The notes: generated by a model from the letters alone, not told the origin. DNA of 64,000 bases from Amoebophrya sp. A120 (GCA_905178155.1 CAJINV010000003.1:9741979-9805978), one strand, 5' to 3'. Shown: positions 1-14,097, counted from the stretch's first letter. A program made the numbers and translations.

Positions 1-1188
1 AAAATTTTCGGCAGTTTTTTTGCTGTCCTGGCGGAAAAAAAACCGCCAGGCTAGAATGCTCGTGACCTTACTAAATATTACGCTCCAGAAAGAAGCGTCC
101 TCACCGGAGTCGGTCCTCTCCGGAAAGAAATTCTCACCAGAGTCGGGCCTCTTCGGAAAGAAGCGTCCCGGTTTGGAAATCCAGGCAGGAATCTTCTCAG
201 GAATCCTATCTGGAATTCCTTCGCCCACCATATTGCCCTCCTAGTGTTGGGGAACGGCCGCGGAAATAAGAGGTGTGACGACGAAAAACGCGCGCCCGGC
301 TAACGTGCGTCGAGTCGGGTAACGGCCTTCCACAGGGTCCAGACCAGAAATGTGCGCCGGCTTTTCGGGTCAGCTACTTTGGGCAAAAACCGCTATAGCT
401 TCTTGCGCTTTGCCCGTTTTGAAACGGAGCCGCAACGCGTTACCTCGCTGGCCACAAACCGCACGGCGGTCCGCGGGGTTTGTGCGCTTCTGTTAAACTG
501 CGCAACGCACCTGCTAAAGCGGAGTCGCCCACTCCCCGGGAAATGCTTTTTGCCCTTACAGGGGCGGACGCGTGTACTTTTGAGGGCTGAGAGCGTCACT
601 TTCTGCAAAAATGAAACCGCTGCCGACGGTGAGTGCTTTGCCAGTTATACTATACTTAGCTCAGGTAAGTGCGTGGCCATTGGTCGGGCGTCTACAAAAA
701 AATCCGCGCCGGGAACTGGGACGACTGGCTGGCCGGTCAGGCCAATGAAGTGGTAGCACCGGAGGGTAGGCGAATGCGTGCCAGTTAGCATCTATAGAAG
801 CACACCAAGTAAAGCGGTAGAGGCGGACAAATAGTCGCGGAGCCACAGCTGATGGCTCACAGCGCTCAGACCAGCCTGGCGCGTGCACTGCTGCGAAAAT
901 GTGCGCGGGGTCGCGAACGTATCCGCAGGCAAACAAGGCTCCACAGAAGCGAGAACGCGTAGACGTATCGTGGTCCGTTAAGTGCCCCTATTTTCACGAG
1001 CGTGCGCTCCCTTTCTAGAATATTTTGGCAGCGGGCCAGTTTTGACTGGAGGCACCATGTTGAAACATGAGCCCCGGTGAAGTGCTACACTTGCAAACAA
1101 GCACAACGCATATCGGAAATGTGCCCGCCGAATGGTGCAACTTTCGCCATGCGCTACCCTCCTGTAAGGAATTATAATTACGACGTAC

Positions 1189-4100
1189 CTTTTTTCTTTC
1201 CTCGTCGGCTTCCACGGTTTTTTCCGTAAGCGCGTCAGACAGACCTGTAAGCCGGACGTCAATCTCCTTGCGAAGTTGTTTCCGGATGCTCGATTTCTCC
1301 TTCAGCACAACAGACCTACGAAAAACGATAAGAAAAAAAGCTACTCTATCTGCGAGCATGAGGGAATCTTGGATATTGCAGTCCGTTTCGGTAGTTCCCA
1401 GGCGTCGACATTCTTTTGGATAGTTTGCAGATACCAAACGGCACTTGCAGACTTGTCCACTTGTAGCAATGAAGTGGCGATGTGGAAAAGTAGCCGTAGC
1501 AAGGAATCGCGACCAAGAGTCGCGGACCTTCTGTCTCCGAAGCGCGCTAAGCCTTCTCGCATGCTATGGCCCCTCCAGGCCCCCAGTTAGGGCGGGCACC
1601 ACTGGCGGGCACACAACATGCGGCCTGTCTCACGGGACTGGGCGAGTTTTGCGCTTTTACGTGTTATTCATCAAATGCGCGTAAGGAAGAGCTCCCGAAA
1701 CACAAATAGGCGCCCAGAGCGGCCGCTTTATTGGCCTCAGAGAGAGGGCGGCAACGCTGCCAATACCAAGCGGATCGCCGTTTTTTTTGCGCTTCTGCTT
1801 TTTTCGTGCCCTTCTTTGGTCACCCCAGTTCAGCGAATGCAATGCGCTGGGTGTCTAGGAAGGGAAAGGGCGCCGCCTTGCAGGCTCCACCGCGTCTCTT
1901 TCCTTGTAATGGAAGTCAGTGAGCTTTGTTTGACAACGACCCCGGCGCGCAAGAAGATTGATGGTCCGCCGTAGATGTTCTGTTGTGAACATGATTCAAA
2001 AATCGCCGCCCGTACTTCGCGATACGTAGCAAAAAAAGCGCCAGAATAGAAGGCTCGCCCTCTGACTAGACACACTTACATAGATAGCGTTTCCGCCCAC
2101 GTATGACAGAATACTTTTTGTCGTTTTCATTTTCCGACGCCCGTATCCTTTTATTTTCTTCGTCGATTTTCAGCTTCGACAACCGCATCTCTTCCTGCAG
2201 TCGTTTGTACTCGGTTTCCAGGCGCGCTTCCTCGGCATTCATATCCCGGCTGGCTTGCTCGATTTTCTGCAAAATCTGGGTTTCATGCGAGAAAGCCTGC
2301 TGCTTCGCCCTCAATTCGGCGCGATTTCTGTCATATGTGTAAAATTATGCGTGGCGCAAAGATAGCACAGACGCCTACCCTTCAGCGTTAGCTCCTCTGC
2401 CTGCGCCAGTGGCGCAGGCAGTCTGACTCTGAGTCTGATCTGGTTCTGGATCCTGAGAAATATATGACTTTTGCGCTCCCCTCAGGAATTCCTGTTCTAC
2501 GAGGGAACGCCTTCAAAATAAGCGCGGAGCCATTATATATTCTTTTCCCGGGGGCAGCGCGTTAGCAATTTCCTCCACATGTCCCGCGCCGTCCTGTCAC
2601 CGCGTCCGAGCGCATACTCTAAAAGCGGTGGGGAAGAGTGTGGGCAGAGCCTACCAGCGCGCGCGCACGATCCTGATACCACTAGAGGCCGGGAGGGTGG
2701 GGGCAGTTTCGGTCGCGCGAGTGGGTCTGGCGGCGTTACGGCTGTTTTCGGCCGCGCTTGCCCACTTTCAACCAAGCAGCTGCGAGGCTGACTGAGGACG
2801 AGGGGCCCGGCCCTCGCGTTCCCATCAAACTGCCTACCTTTTTTTTTGCGGCCGACGCCAATGCTACACTTCTGATGGTGTACGTGAGGCGTGGCATGAC
2901 GAAAAGTCAGCTACTCCGACTTCTCATCGGAATTCGCATAAACCCTGCATGGAGAGGTTGCTGTCTCCGGGTACTTCAGCGGTGTAAAGCAAAAAAAAAC
3001 GCTTTGATCTTCTGCAAAGATAAAAAGAAGGTAGATGTATAGAGAGAACAATGCTCCGCTGCAAAGTTACCTTGGCCTTTTCCCTGCCTGCTCGGGCTTA
3101 CAGGCTCGCCAACCGCCCGAAGATAGTGCGCACGCAGCCTGTGTCGCATGCCTCGCGCCGCCCTCCCTGTCATGTCGCCGGGGCGCAGGCTCTGGCAATG
3201 ATGGGAAGGACGGCAGGCAAAGCCTCAACGCATGTGCGCAACACCCCGACATCATTCCCATCGTAGAGAGGGTCGACCACTCGCCCTCACTGCCGGCAAG
3301 GACCGCGCGGCGCCGGGAACGAGGAGGGCCGCCCAACCCGTCGGCCGCAACGCCCTCCCCCCTGCAACCCATTAGAAAGCGAGGGCAAGGCGGGCCGCGC
3401 GCACAGCCAAGTCGGGCAAGCGACTCGGGGCCCCCGCCCCGGCGCTAGCCAAGCCGGCGGCGCTTTTCTTCTGCGCGGCCCCTCCCTCGTGCTACATTTT
3501 TCCGGCAGCGCGCGTCTTCCCTTTGCGTTTGCTTTCTTCTACGCCCAAAGCGCGAGCAACCGCCGCCCTCGGGTGGCTTTCGCCGCGCTGCTGCCGCTCC
3601 TTTTTCTCAATACCTTTCCGCGAGCGCGTTCTCGCTGTTCTTTGCACGAGCCGGCTCTGCTGCTTGTTTTCCTCGGCTGCTCGCAACTTTCACTGGGGCG
3701 CGTCAGCTTCGGCGCTTTTCTCCTCTCGCACGGCTGCGCCGCACTCCTGGCGTGCCCGAATTCATCCACTTTCCTCGATTGCCCGCAGCACCCGGGCCCC
3801 CTCCCCGTCCTCTCTCCCACTTTTTCCTCCCTTCCTTCCTCCCTCTCCCCCTGCTGCCTGGTTCCCCCTACTCCTTTCCGGCTTCGTCTCTTCTTCGGTC
3901 ATAGTGCGTCGCCCAGTATAGATAAAGCCTTGCAAAAAAGTGCGATGTACTATACTCTTCGCTTTGCAAAGTCAGGTCGTCAATGTCCTTCTCCAGGTCG
4001 ACCTTTCTAGCTGTAATTTCGTCCGCCTCTCGGCGCTTTTCGTTTATCCTCTCACGTAACGCGGCTATTCCGGCTTCCGATCTGCATGTCTTGGCCAGCA

Positions 4101-7100
4101 ATACGTGCACCTCCTCCCGAGTTCGCTCGGGGTCTATGCACTGCAAAAGTATCGCATATTGTACATGCGTCGCAGGACTACATCAGAAAAGGGCTCCCTT
4201 GCAGTCTATAGAATGGACCTTTGCGCTGAGGCGCAAAGCTATCTGCCGTCTGCAACGCGAGCTGTACGCAAGTGTACTTTTATGATTGATAAAAACCATC
4301 GTCAGATGATGCGCGTCGTCATGCACAGCAAACGGGGACATTGATCACGGTGCAGAGCAATGGAAGGGGTTGGCGCCCCCTCTGCTCTCCAAATAGCACT
4401 TCTGCTTTTGCATCCCTTCGAGCATTTCTGTTTCATCAACTGCATGGCACAGATGCACGAATGGGCGACGCGTGTTTGTGGAACTTGGTAGACTATACTT
4501 TTTTGAACTCGCACGAAAGCAGGGCCAATGGCACATTCTGATTGGGAAAAAGGTAAAAAAGGGGGCCAGGCTCATTTCACGACTTGAAGCCATAACGACA
4601 TGCAGAACACGGCCAATCGCCGTGGTTTGTAACGCGAAAAACTGCTGGAGCAACGACAGAATCCGCCGTCTCCTGTTCCGCAGCGACGAGACTCCTCCCG
4701 TGCCGAAGGGGACACACCGACCGCCTCCTGCAGGAGTGGTCCCGAAGCACCACTTCGAACGCCAGAGAGCTTAAGTAGGCATACGAGCAAGAAGGCACCC
4801 GAGATCAGCTTCGTCACCTCGCGCACGCGAGGCGCCAGGGCCCCAGCGAGACAGGATATAGAGGTAGCCAGCCACCCCGCTGCGGTGGCCGTGTGCTGAA
4901 ATGTATCCGACGGGCCCAACAGAAAGGCCCGGACCCAATGTCGCGGGCCTTTTATCCCGGTCGGCAGAAAACTAGGACCCGGCTTCTTCCTTGGACAGGG
5001 GCGGCGGAGGGTGCCGGCCCCTGCGCAGCGCAATCATGCCTCGGAAGGAGCCCCGAACGGGGATGCGCCCCCCCTGCCAGACGAAGTAGGGGGGCACAAC
5101 TCTCGGTGGCGAGACGGAGAAGATGCGGGGGCTCCTTTTTAGTCCAGCGACTTACATCCATGCGGCGCTCCTCCTCAGGCTGGCGCAGCGTGCGCTCCTC
5201 CATGAGCCTGCTTCAGAAGAAAGCGGCTAGCGGGCGGGCCCCTTCCACGGCCGGGGACGTGTGGCGCACTCCTCCCTCGCTCGATCTGCTCTTCTGCTAT
5301 GCGCCGCGCGCGCAGGGCATTTTGGAGGGAAGCGAGGCGCCGAACCAAATAAACAACAGTTCAAGCGCGCACGCATCCGACTTCTGTACGCCTGGAAATT
5401 CGCGCAAACTGCCACGACACACACCGCGGCCACTTTCCCCGCGGGCGGAAATGGGAACGAAAACCGACAGGGGCAAATCGAAGCCCCGCGCTCGCTTTAT
5501 AGAAAACCGAAGAGATGAACCACACATCAGGACGAGGGAAAGATAAGAAACAAAACTATAACTAGGCAAGTAGAAGAAAGACACACGAACGGGCATCCAA
5601 AACGAATCGCCACACTGTACTGATTCCAAGCTGACACAAGAGTCCTGAGCATTTCAAAAAAGCCGAGCTCTGCTAAAGGAATTACCAATCGGGGCAAAGA
5701 CAAAGCCAACCCTTTGCTCGCGTCTCATGGTCCGCGAGTAACTGTCTGACATCTGCAGCTAATGAATCCCGAGAGCAAGTCTGTTGCGAAAGCTTGAGAG
5801 CGCCTAGGCACCGCAGCGAGACCAAACGCTGGTCGTTTTAGCGGTGAGCGACCAAGAGTAGGGAGTCGCCCAGTTGTGTGAGTGAGTCCGAGAACCAGCC
5901 CCAGCGGAGCTCCAGACTTGCACAACACTACTACATCATCCGTGTGGGCCAATCAACCTCCAAAGAGTCGTCAGTGATGAGCAACACGCCTCAGGTGCTC
6001 AACCTGACGTCAAACTGGACTCAAGAACCACAGCGCCACGCACCCTCTCAGGGGTCACACTGTTGACTCCCTTGTTGTAGAAGCAGAAGGAGAGCCACAC
6101 TGACGCCGCCGGGGGGATACAGAAAAACACGGAGTCATGCCCTGCACCTCCGGTTACCACCATCTAGGCTTGGAGCAAAATCAAAATCAACCCTTTGCTC
6201 GCGTCTTATGGCGCACGAGTTACTGTCTGAAATACAGCTATTGCATCCGGAGAACAAGTCCTTTGCAAAAGCTTGAAGGAGCTTAAGCACTACAGCAAGA
6301 CCAAAAACTGCTCGCTTTAGCGGTGAACGAGCTAGTGTCAAAGCAACGGCAAAATCAAAATCAAAGCAACGCATCCCAGACGCGGTGACCAACTTTGCAC
6401 GTAGCTGGCTAGCCCCCTGTGACAGCAAACCTAAAGATCTTTCACCTGCCACTGCAACTACATCGTAAATGAGCTCTGCCATTCCCATTACAGCGTTGGC
6501 GCCTTACTGAGAAGCGAAATCTCGTTCGACTGCGAGAGGGTGATCAATAGCCCCAATTTTCCTGAAGTACTCCTCTTTGGCTCGATCCACCTCGCGCTGT
6601 TGAAGCTCTTTCTGCAAGGTCAGGCTTTTTTTGCATTGCAAACATTTCAGACTCAGGAACAGGATCACATCGCGTTCGCGTGCCAAGAGGAGCCTCAGCC
6701 TCAGTGTCATTCTTACTAACTGTCAAGCCTGTGTGTCCATCTTTAGAAGATAGCGTAAGGAAGGCGGCACGCGTAACACAACTCCAGCGCGAAAGTCTCT
6801 TCGCTGCGTTCCGCTCCTACAGCATGCACAAAGAAGGAGCATCTCCCTCATCAATTGGCGTCGCGAAAGATTCACGCACAACTCCCCTGGTCATGATACG
6901 CTCGCGCTTCGTACTTTCTAGGCGGGCGTAGTACGCAATCGTACCGAAAAGCACACCCATACCCTATTCAAAAACATTTGGAATTCACGCGCGTTCGCGT
7001 TGCTGATGATGCGGCTACGAGGCAAAAGCCTCCGCACAAGAAGACGGAGTGCGAGGCATCAGACACGGAACTGCTGCCGTTATCGGTCCGACCAAGCTCT

Positions 7101-10100
7101 TTCGTAGTTTGTCGAGGGAGTGCCTTCGAAACGCAGCGAGCTATAAAACTAGCTGGACGTAAGCGTAACTCGTCAGTGAAGCTAGTGAAATAACCGCACT
7201 CAAAAGTAGCCAGCCGGAAACAAACCTACTAGGTGCGTCGCCCAGTCTAGGCAGCGGCGGCGTTCGATCCCTCACTTGCGCTTCTTGCCCTCTGGCCTCA
7301 TCATGGGACCAGGGCGGGGCGCCGAGCCTCTGCGTGCCCCGAGGCAACGCATGAAGGGGCTGGATGGAGACCGTCGCTGATGTCGTGCCAGCTAACGGAA
7401 AGAAGCAAAAACTATAGCACATGCCGGAGCTGCGTATGTGCTACGCTAGGCGGACTGGGTCTGTGCGGTATCCCGCGCCATCAATTCTTTTCCAACAGTC
7501 GAAAGCTATTTCCATCGACATGCATTTTCTTCCCGCGCGTAAGCTCTCAACACGCGTCGGGCCTCCTGACGCCAGAGGTTCGCCTTCTAAGTTTCCGCGA
7601 TGAAAGATCGCGATTACTTTCAGCATCCATTCCCATTCCACCTTTCGGCCTTCAGGGTCTCAATAGTCTTCAAGCTTTCCCGAATATACTATAGCTTCGC
7701 CGCGTTTTTAGGCCTTCCCTGATCATGATCTGTGGCCTTTCACTAGCTGATAAAGTGACTCCCAACAACTTCTACCGCTTCGGCATTTCATCTCTAGCCC
7801 TCGCAGCATTCGTCCTGGTTTAACGCCTCGCACGCCCTTACGACTTCGCGCGCCAAGCCCTGAGGCTGTCGCCTTCGAAATCAAGAGACGGATGCGCAGG
7901 AAGGGCGGCCGATGGGAGCTCGGGCCCCCCGCACGATTGATTCCCACGCCCTTCTTTGGCATGCCTCCACCCAACTTTCTCCAGTTCTTTGCAAGTCCAT
8001 GCGCTTTCGCAAGCGAAGTCCCCTTCCCGGCGGGCGCCGGAGTTTTTGGGGCTGGAACTCGACGAGGCGCAGCAGGGGGGAGGGCAAAGCCCTCGGTGCG
8101 CGTGGGCCACACGTACCTACGATTTGTAGCATTGGCCATCTTAGACTTTTTTCTTGAAAATCCCCGGCCGCCATTAGTTTCTCGCTAGCCTTTACATCTC
8201 CGCGCGCGAGGCCTTCGCCTGCAGTGCGCAGGAAGAGGGAGGGCAGCAGGGGACTTAGGCCCCCCGCAAGATTTGTTCGAAAGCAGTCCGGCATCTTTCG
8301 CTTCCCGCGCTCGCGAGGTCGGGGGGCTTCGGTGCGCGCGGCGACAAGTCCTAGCGGTCGCCCATCCAGCTAGACAAGGGCCGTGCCTCGACCAGGTGGA
8401 AAACACGAAACAAACACGCCCGCACCACGTGCGGCTGCGCCTCCCGTGCCTGATTCGAGAGGAACACCCCGGTGCAGTGGAGGCGTTCGCCCCCATCCTG
8501 CCGCGCTTGTTGCCCTATGGAGAGCTTCGACCACTGCAAGCGGTGGCTCGGACGGGTCGTCCCCCAAGCGGACCAAGCTGATAAGCCACCGCCTTCCTCC
8601 CATGCGGCAATCGGCGTTCCGCTGCGTTGCGCGCGACACTAAAAAATTGCACCAGCTCCAAATAGTTGATGACTACGATAGAGGTGCGATTGTGTGCTCT
8701 GCTGGATAGCCTCGGCCGTTACGCCATTCTGGTCGCTTGCGTGCGGTATCGCGGCGTCCGCCTAGAAATCATCAAAATCTGGGAGCCCGGGTCTATGAAA
8801 ACGGTCCGAGTGTTTTCTTTGCTTCCCCTTCTTCCAAGACAGTAGCTAGCTGCAACAGGCTATCATGTGCTCACGTTGAAAATGATCCAAATCTCGCCAC
8901 GCTACACTTCGAAGGGAATTCTGCAAAGTGGCACGCGAAAAAGTCAGCCCGATGCCGCTGCGCGCAAGTGCCCTGCGCTGCTTCGGCCGGCCCGCGAAAG
9001 GCCCAACTGATAGACCCGATCCATCAGGAGCCTGCTTACAGTCATCCCCCGCGCCCAGTCTAGTTTTCGTGTGAACGCCGGCCGAGGCATGGGTCAGCGA
9101 CTGGGGCGCTACCAACGAGGCCGCCGGGCCGGCCCGGCTTTAAGTCAGGCCCCGGGTCTTGGGTGGGGCCGCATCATAGATTGACCGCAACAAGGCCTGG
9201 CCGCATGTTGGTCGGGCACCTTCCTGCCGTCTCGCGAGCGCGACCGGGCTGCGTGGAATCTCCGGGCCCGCGGTCGGGTAGCAACTCCTGCACGCCGCAA
9301 GGCCGCGAAAAACCAAGAAAAGTGGCCGCCGCTTCTGCATCTAGAACGCTACGGCCCCCCTGCAAGTGCTTTCGCCACCGAGACCCCCGGACACAGCGCG
9401 CGTACTGTCCCCGGCCCCCTCGAAGGCTTTTGCGGAGGCGTCGTCGGCCACTTCGCAACACCCGACGCACGGGCGTCACCAGATGAAGTTCCTGTCGCGC
9501 TACTTTGCGTGGCCTCTACAAATCGCAGGGCCCGCGCCTCGGCTCCACCGAAGCGTTCGCAGGGCCATAGACGGCACGACGGCAGAACGGCTCGCGCCAC
9601 ACTTTGGCCTGGAGCAGTCGCCACCATTAGAAATCGCCAAAGCTATGCGCTTGGAGACCGAGGGGGCGGATCCATCGCGGTCCCAGACTCACTTCGTAGT
9701 GCGGCAGCAGTTCGAGCACTACGCGCCGCGCAACTGCCCTGGCCGACAAAGAAGCCACCTGGCAACGGCTGCCCGCGCGCAGTGCGGCCGCCTTTTTTAT
9801 TTTTCGGGAGCGGCCCCGCATTAGCATTAGGGCTAGGCTAAGCGCCAGCATGTGAAGACGGGCAACAAGAGCACGCGCGCGACGCCCACTAGGGGATTCT
9901 TCCTACTAAAGTGCGGAAGTTTGCTAAGGTTCCGAGCGGCGGTGGGAGGCAGCGGTACAGAAATGAAACAAAGCGCGGACCCCGGTTGGGGCGGCTTAGC
10001 GACAAGCGGAATCGAGCGCGCACTAGCCTGGCGGCCTGGCGTCCGGCAGCCGCGCTAGCGGCCGGCAATTTCGATGGCCACCAAACTGGAGAGGCAGGCT

Positions 10101-13100
10101 GGGAAGAGTTTGCCGCCCTTTCAGAATGGTCGACGGGGCAGGGGCGAGACCGAGCCGGCGGCGTTTTCTTGCAGGTGGCCAAGCAGAAGTACTGGCCGGG
10201 GCAGAAGCAGTAGGTGCCCAAAATCGACCAGGGGCCTGAATGATGGCGCGACTGCGGGCTTCGGGAAGTGGCCAAGGAACGAAGGCAACTTTCATCCGCG
10301 GCGAATCAGCTCGCCAAGCAATTGGCCCGAGGGCCGCCCAAGGGCGGCACCCGGAGCCCCGCTCTAGTCGCCTGAATGGGCTTCGCGTAGTTGCTGAAAA
10401 AGCTGCCATGAACTTGCGGGGGCGAAGCCGCGGCGCTGGCTGGGCAGCAAACTTTCTCGCCGGCACACCCCGAAACCTGCAGCCTTTACCAAGCTGCCCC
10501 GCCTAAGAAACTGCTTTGCCCGCGGCCGCTCCCGCGGTTGCTGGAAATGCAAGCAACCTCCGCAGCACCAGCTGCGCTGCGAGTGCGACACCAGCTGCGC
10601 TGCATGCCCTTCGCAGCCGCACTGCGGGCACCCTTTTGGCTGTAGCGCGAGTAGGCCGCGTCTAGGGTGGCAGGCCTTTCGCACAATCCGTGCTGGCTTA
10701 CCACAAGGCTGCCGGCAGAACACCTCCGGGCACTTTTGGAAAAGAGGGCCCTCCGCAGGAAAACTCCAAAAGCTCCCAACCGAAAAACAATCCCCGCTGA
10801 AGCGCGAGGAAAAAAGGCTCGCAGCTACGGCAAGGACGCAGCCCGGGGCGAACGGCGTGCCGGGCCTCGCTGTCGTGCTCGTTGCACTCAAAATCCGCTA
10901 CCTCGATCTCTCGGGGCGTTATCGCTAGCGAGGCACTCTGAGTGCCTAGGGCTCGCTGCGTTTGTGCCATTTTCCGTGTTTGCGCTTTTGTATCAGCCGT
11001 GTCATCGCCCACCTGCGCTCATGTATTTTGACGATTGCCGCTCTAGCAATACCATAAGCAGGTCCGCAATCTGCTTCTCGTACGATTCGCATAGTTGTCG
11101 CTTCGTTGAGACTTTCTCAGTGTTGTTACATCAAGGAGGCAAACGTGACGCAAGCCGGGCCGCTACGGTCATGGCAGAATTCACGAAAACAAACGCCGCG
11201 GCCGGCACCGAATCTTTCGCGCTGGCCCTGGGCCAGCCAACGCGCCCCCCCTGCCTTTCAGCTAGCAACCCGCGCCGGGCCCTTTAAAATTTTCGGCAAA
11301 CGACCCCTACGGCGGGGGCGGCCCCCCAAGCGGCTTCTCTCACGGCATGAAGGCTGCGCCCGGATGGCGATGGTGGTAACCGAGTGCGTGAGTGGGCATC
11401 TGGATAGCGCGAATGTCCGCCAGCGCTTTCCTCACTTTGCCCCGCCAAGAAGATGCGCCATCTATTAGAGGGCCGGCCCTGCTCCTTGGGCCGCAGAGTA
11501 GGGGCCAAGTGTGTCGCTTTCCACCGGAACACTGCCGACGCCGGGCGGGATGAGGCACGACGCTGCTACCTTTAGTGCGTGCATGCAGGCACAAAATGCA
11601 CGGCACCCACCGCCGGCCTCCGGGGGCCGGATTCCGGATTTGTCTTCGAGGCTTACCGCAGGGGCCTGCAGGCCGGCGCGGGGTCAACGACTTCCCTGCC
11701 GCAGGCGATATCCGGCCGATCCGCAGCGGGGCATCCTTTCTAGCCCCCCTCAGACAAACTAGCCCCCTCTGCAGGCCACCCTGCCGTCGGGGCCTACGTC
11801 ATGAACGACGGAGGGCAGGGGGGCGGAGAAAGGCGGAGCCAAAAAAGCTGCGCCACTTTGCCCATTTCCGGGAGCCCCTTCGGGCCGCCAAAGTCGGGCC
11901 CTGCCAGGCGGAAAGAATATTTTAGCCCTGACCCCCTGCCAGGGTTGGAAGCCGCGTCAGGTGGACACGCCTGCACGGGGTACATTTGCGCCGTTTCTGC
12001 GGTCAAATCCCGACGGTACTGGCCCTGTGGCAGTGTCAAAAATCCCGGCGGTATTGGCCTTGTGGCAATTTCATAAGTCCCGGCGGTATTGGCCTTGTGG
12101 CAGTTTCCCAAGCCCCTGGGCTACGGGTAGGCACCCCGGGCGTGATAAAGTGGGCGGCCAAGCTCAGCGCCGTCGTTTTTCTGAAATCCGACCAGGAGGG
12201 CGGCGGTGTGCGCAAAAACGCGAAAAAGTAGAAGGGCGCCCCGGCGGAAATGGACCGGAAAGCGCGCCTGAGCCTGAAACTGACGGCGCGAAGCCGCAAA
12301 ATTCCTGACCCACGTCTACCATCAGAAGCATTCCGACCGCGGGGCGCTTCTGAAAACTGAAAAACTGAAGCGGTCTACAGACACGTGCGCAACCCCCTGC
12401 GGATACAGACGGGAAAGCGCTCCGAAACTGAAAATGAAGCGGGTCCGCTGCCATGTAGAAAAAAAAAACAATGCGAGAAAAGCTTCTTTGATCGCGCAGG
12501 TTGCCATCAGGTGAGCCCGGAACTGTCTGAGTGATGCGCTAGCTTCCTCGAGGTTAATTGCCTGCCCTCGGTCCTCGGTTAGTCGCCAGCTGCATCACAG
12601 AAGTCCGAACGCCGGCCGTTTTAGTAGCGGACGGACACCCGTTTTGTGTCCGCCAGGGTTGCCAGCTGTCCACCCGTAGCGTTCAGGAGATAGAAAGCGA
12701 TCCCCATCCACCGATCAAACCATCGAAAGCCTCCGGGTAAGGGCCAAGAGCTGCTCGAACCCAGACTCTGACGAAGTCGACGGGGAAACTCCCACCCCAA
12801 GCTAATGCCCGGCCAGAAAAAAAACAAGGCGAGCACAAGCTTCTTCGATAGTCTTAAAACTATCTGGCGAGCCAGAAAAAAAACAAAACTAAATACAGAA
12901 AGTGCCCCGCGCTTCACCAAGTGTTCCGCGCTCGGGTCCCCTTTGGCCGTAGAGACCACGACCAGGCTCCCCAGGATATGCCGGGCCGCGTCGATGCTTC
13001 TTGAGTCCCGCTTTTCATTTCCACTGATTGTTTCGTATCGAAACCGTCACAAATGAGCGAAGATGCCCACACGAAGCAGCTCAGGTCTCTCCCATCCGTC

Positions 13101-14097
13101 GACCGAGTGGATTTATACCAATTGAACCCAGCAGGAGTTCGTTTTTATTTAAACGCGCTGCCCCGCTCTAACTGGGCACACGCATAGCTGTTGCAGTGCT
13201 CGAAATAACAATAAGTTTGAAGTTCCCATATTTGTACGCTTTCGAGCTTGAAGTTGCATTTGACGTCCTCAAATTTGCACGCTTTCGCGTCTATTTTACA
13301 TGGCGGCAGAGAAGCGACACTGAGCCCGCACCTGGCAGCGCTGGCAGGAGCATAAACAGCACTTGATCATCTTCTATTTTCATTTACACGATACCGCGAG
13401 AGCGCAGCTCTGATCAAGCCGGTGCAACCCGGTTGCGACTCTGATGCCCGCAATGCGTGAAGTAAACTGGTCACGTCATACAAAAGGGCAGTTTCTCGCT
13501 TAGGGTCCACACGGGGCAGATCGCTGTCGGCTTTTGTTTTTCTATTTCTTTTTGCACCTGCAGCATTACATCACATTTTTCACCTCGATATGTCGGTAAT
13601 CTTCTTGCCAAGTCCCTTGATGTCCGCATTCAACTGCAGGCACAATTCGTGATTGCCTTCGGACTGTTGCAGCGTGTCCGACACTTTTGTTTGGTAATTG
13701 TGCAACTCCTTAGCCAGCTCCTTGGACTTCTTAATCAATCGACGCTCGTTCTCGTGTGCCTTCCGGAGAGCTGCGTGAAGGTTTTCGAACTCTTCCTTAT
13801 ATTGGGTTAAGCAAGCCAATTATGACCAGTAAGCAGGTTCGCAGCATCTATCTTTGCAGATGCAATGGTTGTTATTGCGCGAATGCATAGCTGTAGTGCG
13901 TTCTCAGGCACCGTCAGGCTGCAGCAGACCTGATAGATACACAATCCAGCACTCCACTACATATGTAGATGCGCGACCACGTTGCTGTCTGATATCGTTT
14001 CGCGAACTTCGTTCAAAGTCATCAAAGCGTCCTTGGCCATGGCCTCGAACAGCTTGGCACTGTTGTCGCCATGTTCTTTCCACTCATCCATGGACAT
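1189..14097 (-). CDS. CFAP58: CFAP58/CCDC147-like ciliary coiled-coil protein, multi-exon, 3' part probably continues beyond the window start
   Basis: Approximate exons: 13966-14097 (MSMDEW..LFEAMAKDALMTLNEV), 13584-13810 (QYKEEFENLHAALRKAHENERRLIKKSKEL), 12981-13023, 12554-12564, 11056-11125 (YEKQIADLL), 7642-7682, about 6560-6730 (LQKELQQREVDRAKEE), about 3950-4130, about 2103-2335, 1528-1562, 1189-1315. The peptides follow the CFAP58 N-terminal half colinearly as I recall it (e.g. FRIEYERLHAVMKKSYDNEKRLMAKCREL). Introns 13024-13583 and 1316-1527 are GT-AG and in frame; several other junctions are non-canonical or unresolved. Confidence 0.75.
5702..6332. repeat. About 150-bp diverged direct repeat (5702-5853, 6183-6332) in a CFAP58 intron
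   Basis: AACCCTTTGCTCGCGTCT...TTTAGCGGTGA present in both copies. Confidence 0.9.
11129..12553 (-). mobile_element. Insert with a TAA direct repeat forming a putative CFAP58 intron
   Basis: Inverted repeat CCTCGAGGAAGC / CATCAAGGAGGC (9/12); TAA on both sides; in-frame join INN-TEKV. Confidence 0.45.
12006..12107. repeat. About 34-35-bp tandem repeat, 3 copies
   Basis: AATCCCGGCGGTATTGGCCTTGTGGCA units. Confidence 0.9.

Noticed and set aside
4800-8700. AAGW and HRATS peptide snippets hinting at more recombinase remnants near 4870 and 8500
   Set aside because: Too short, and without the ordered catalytic motifs.
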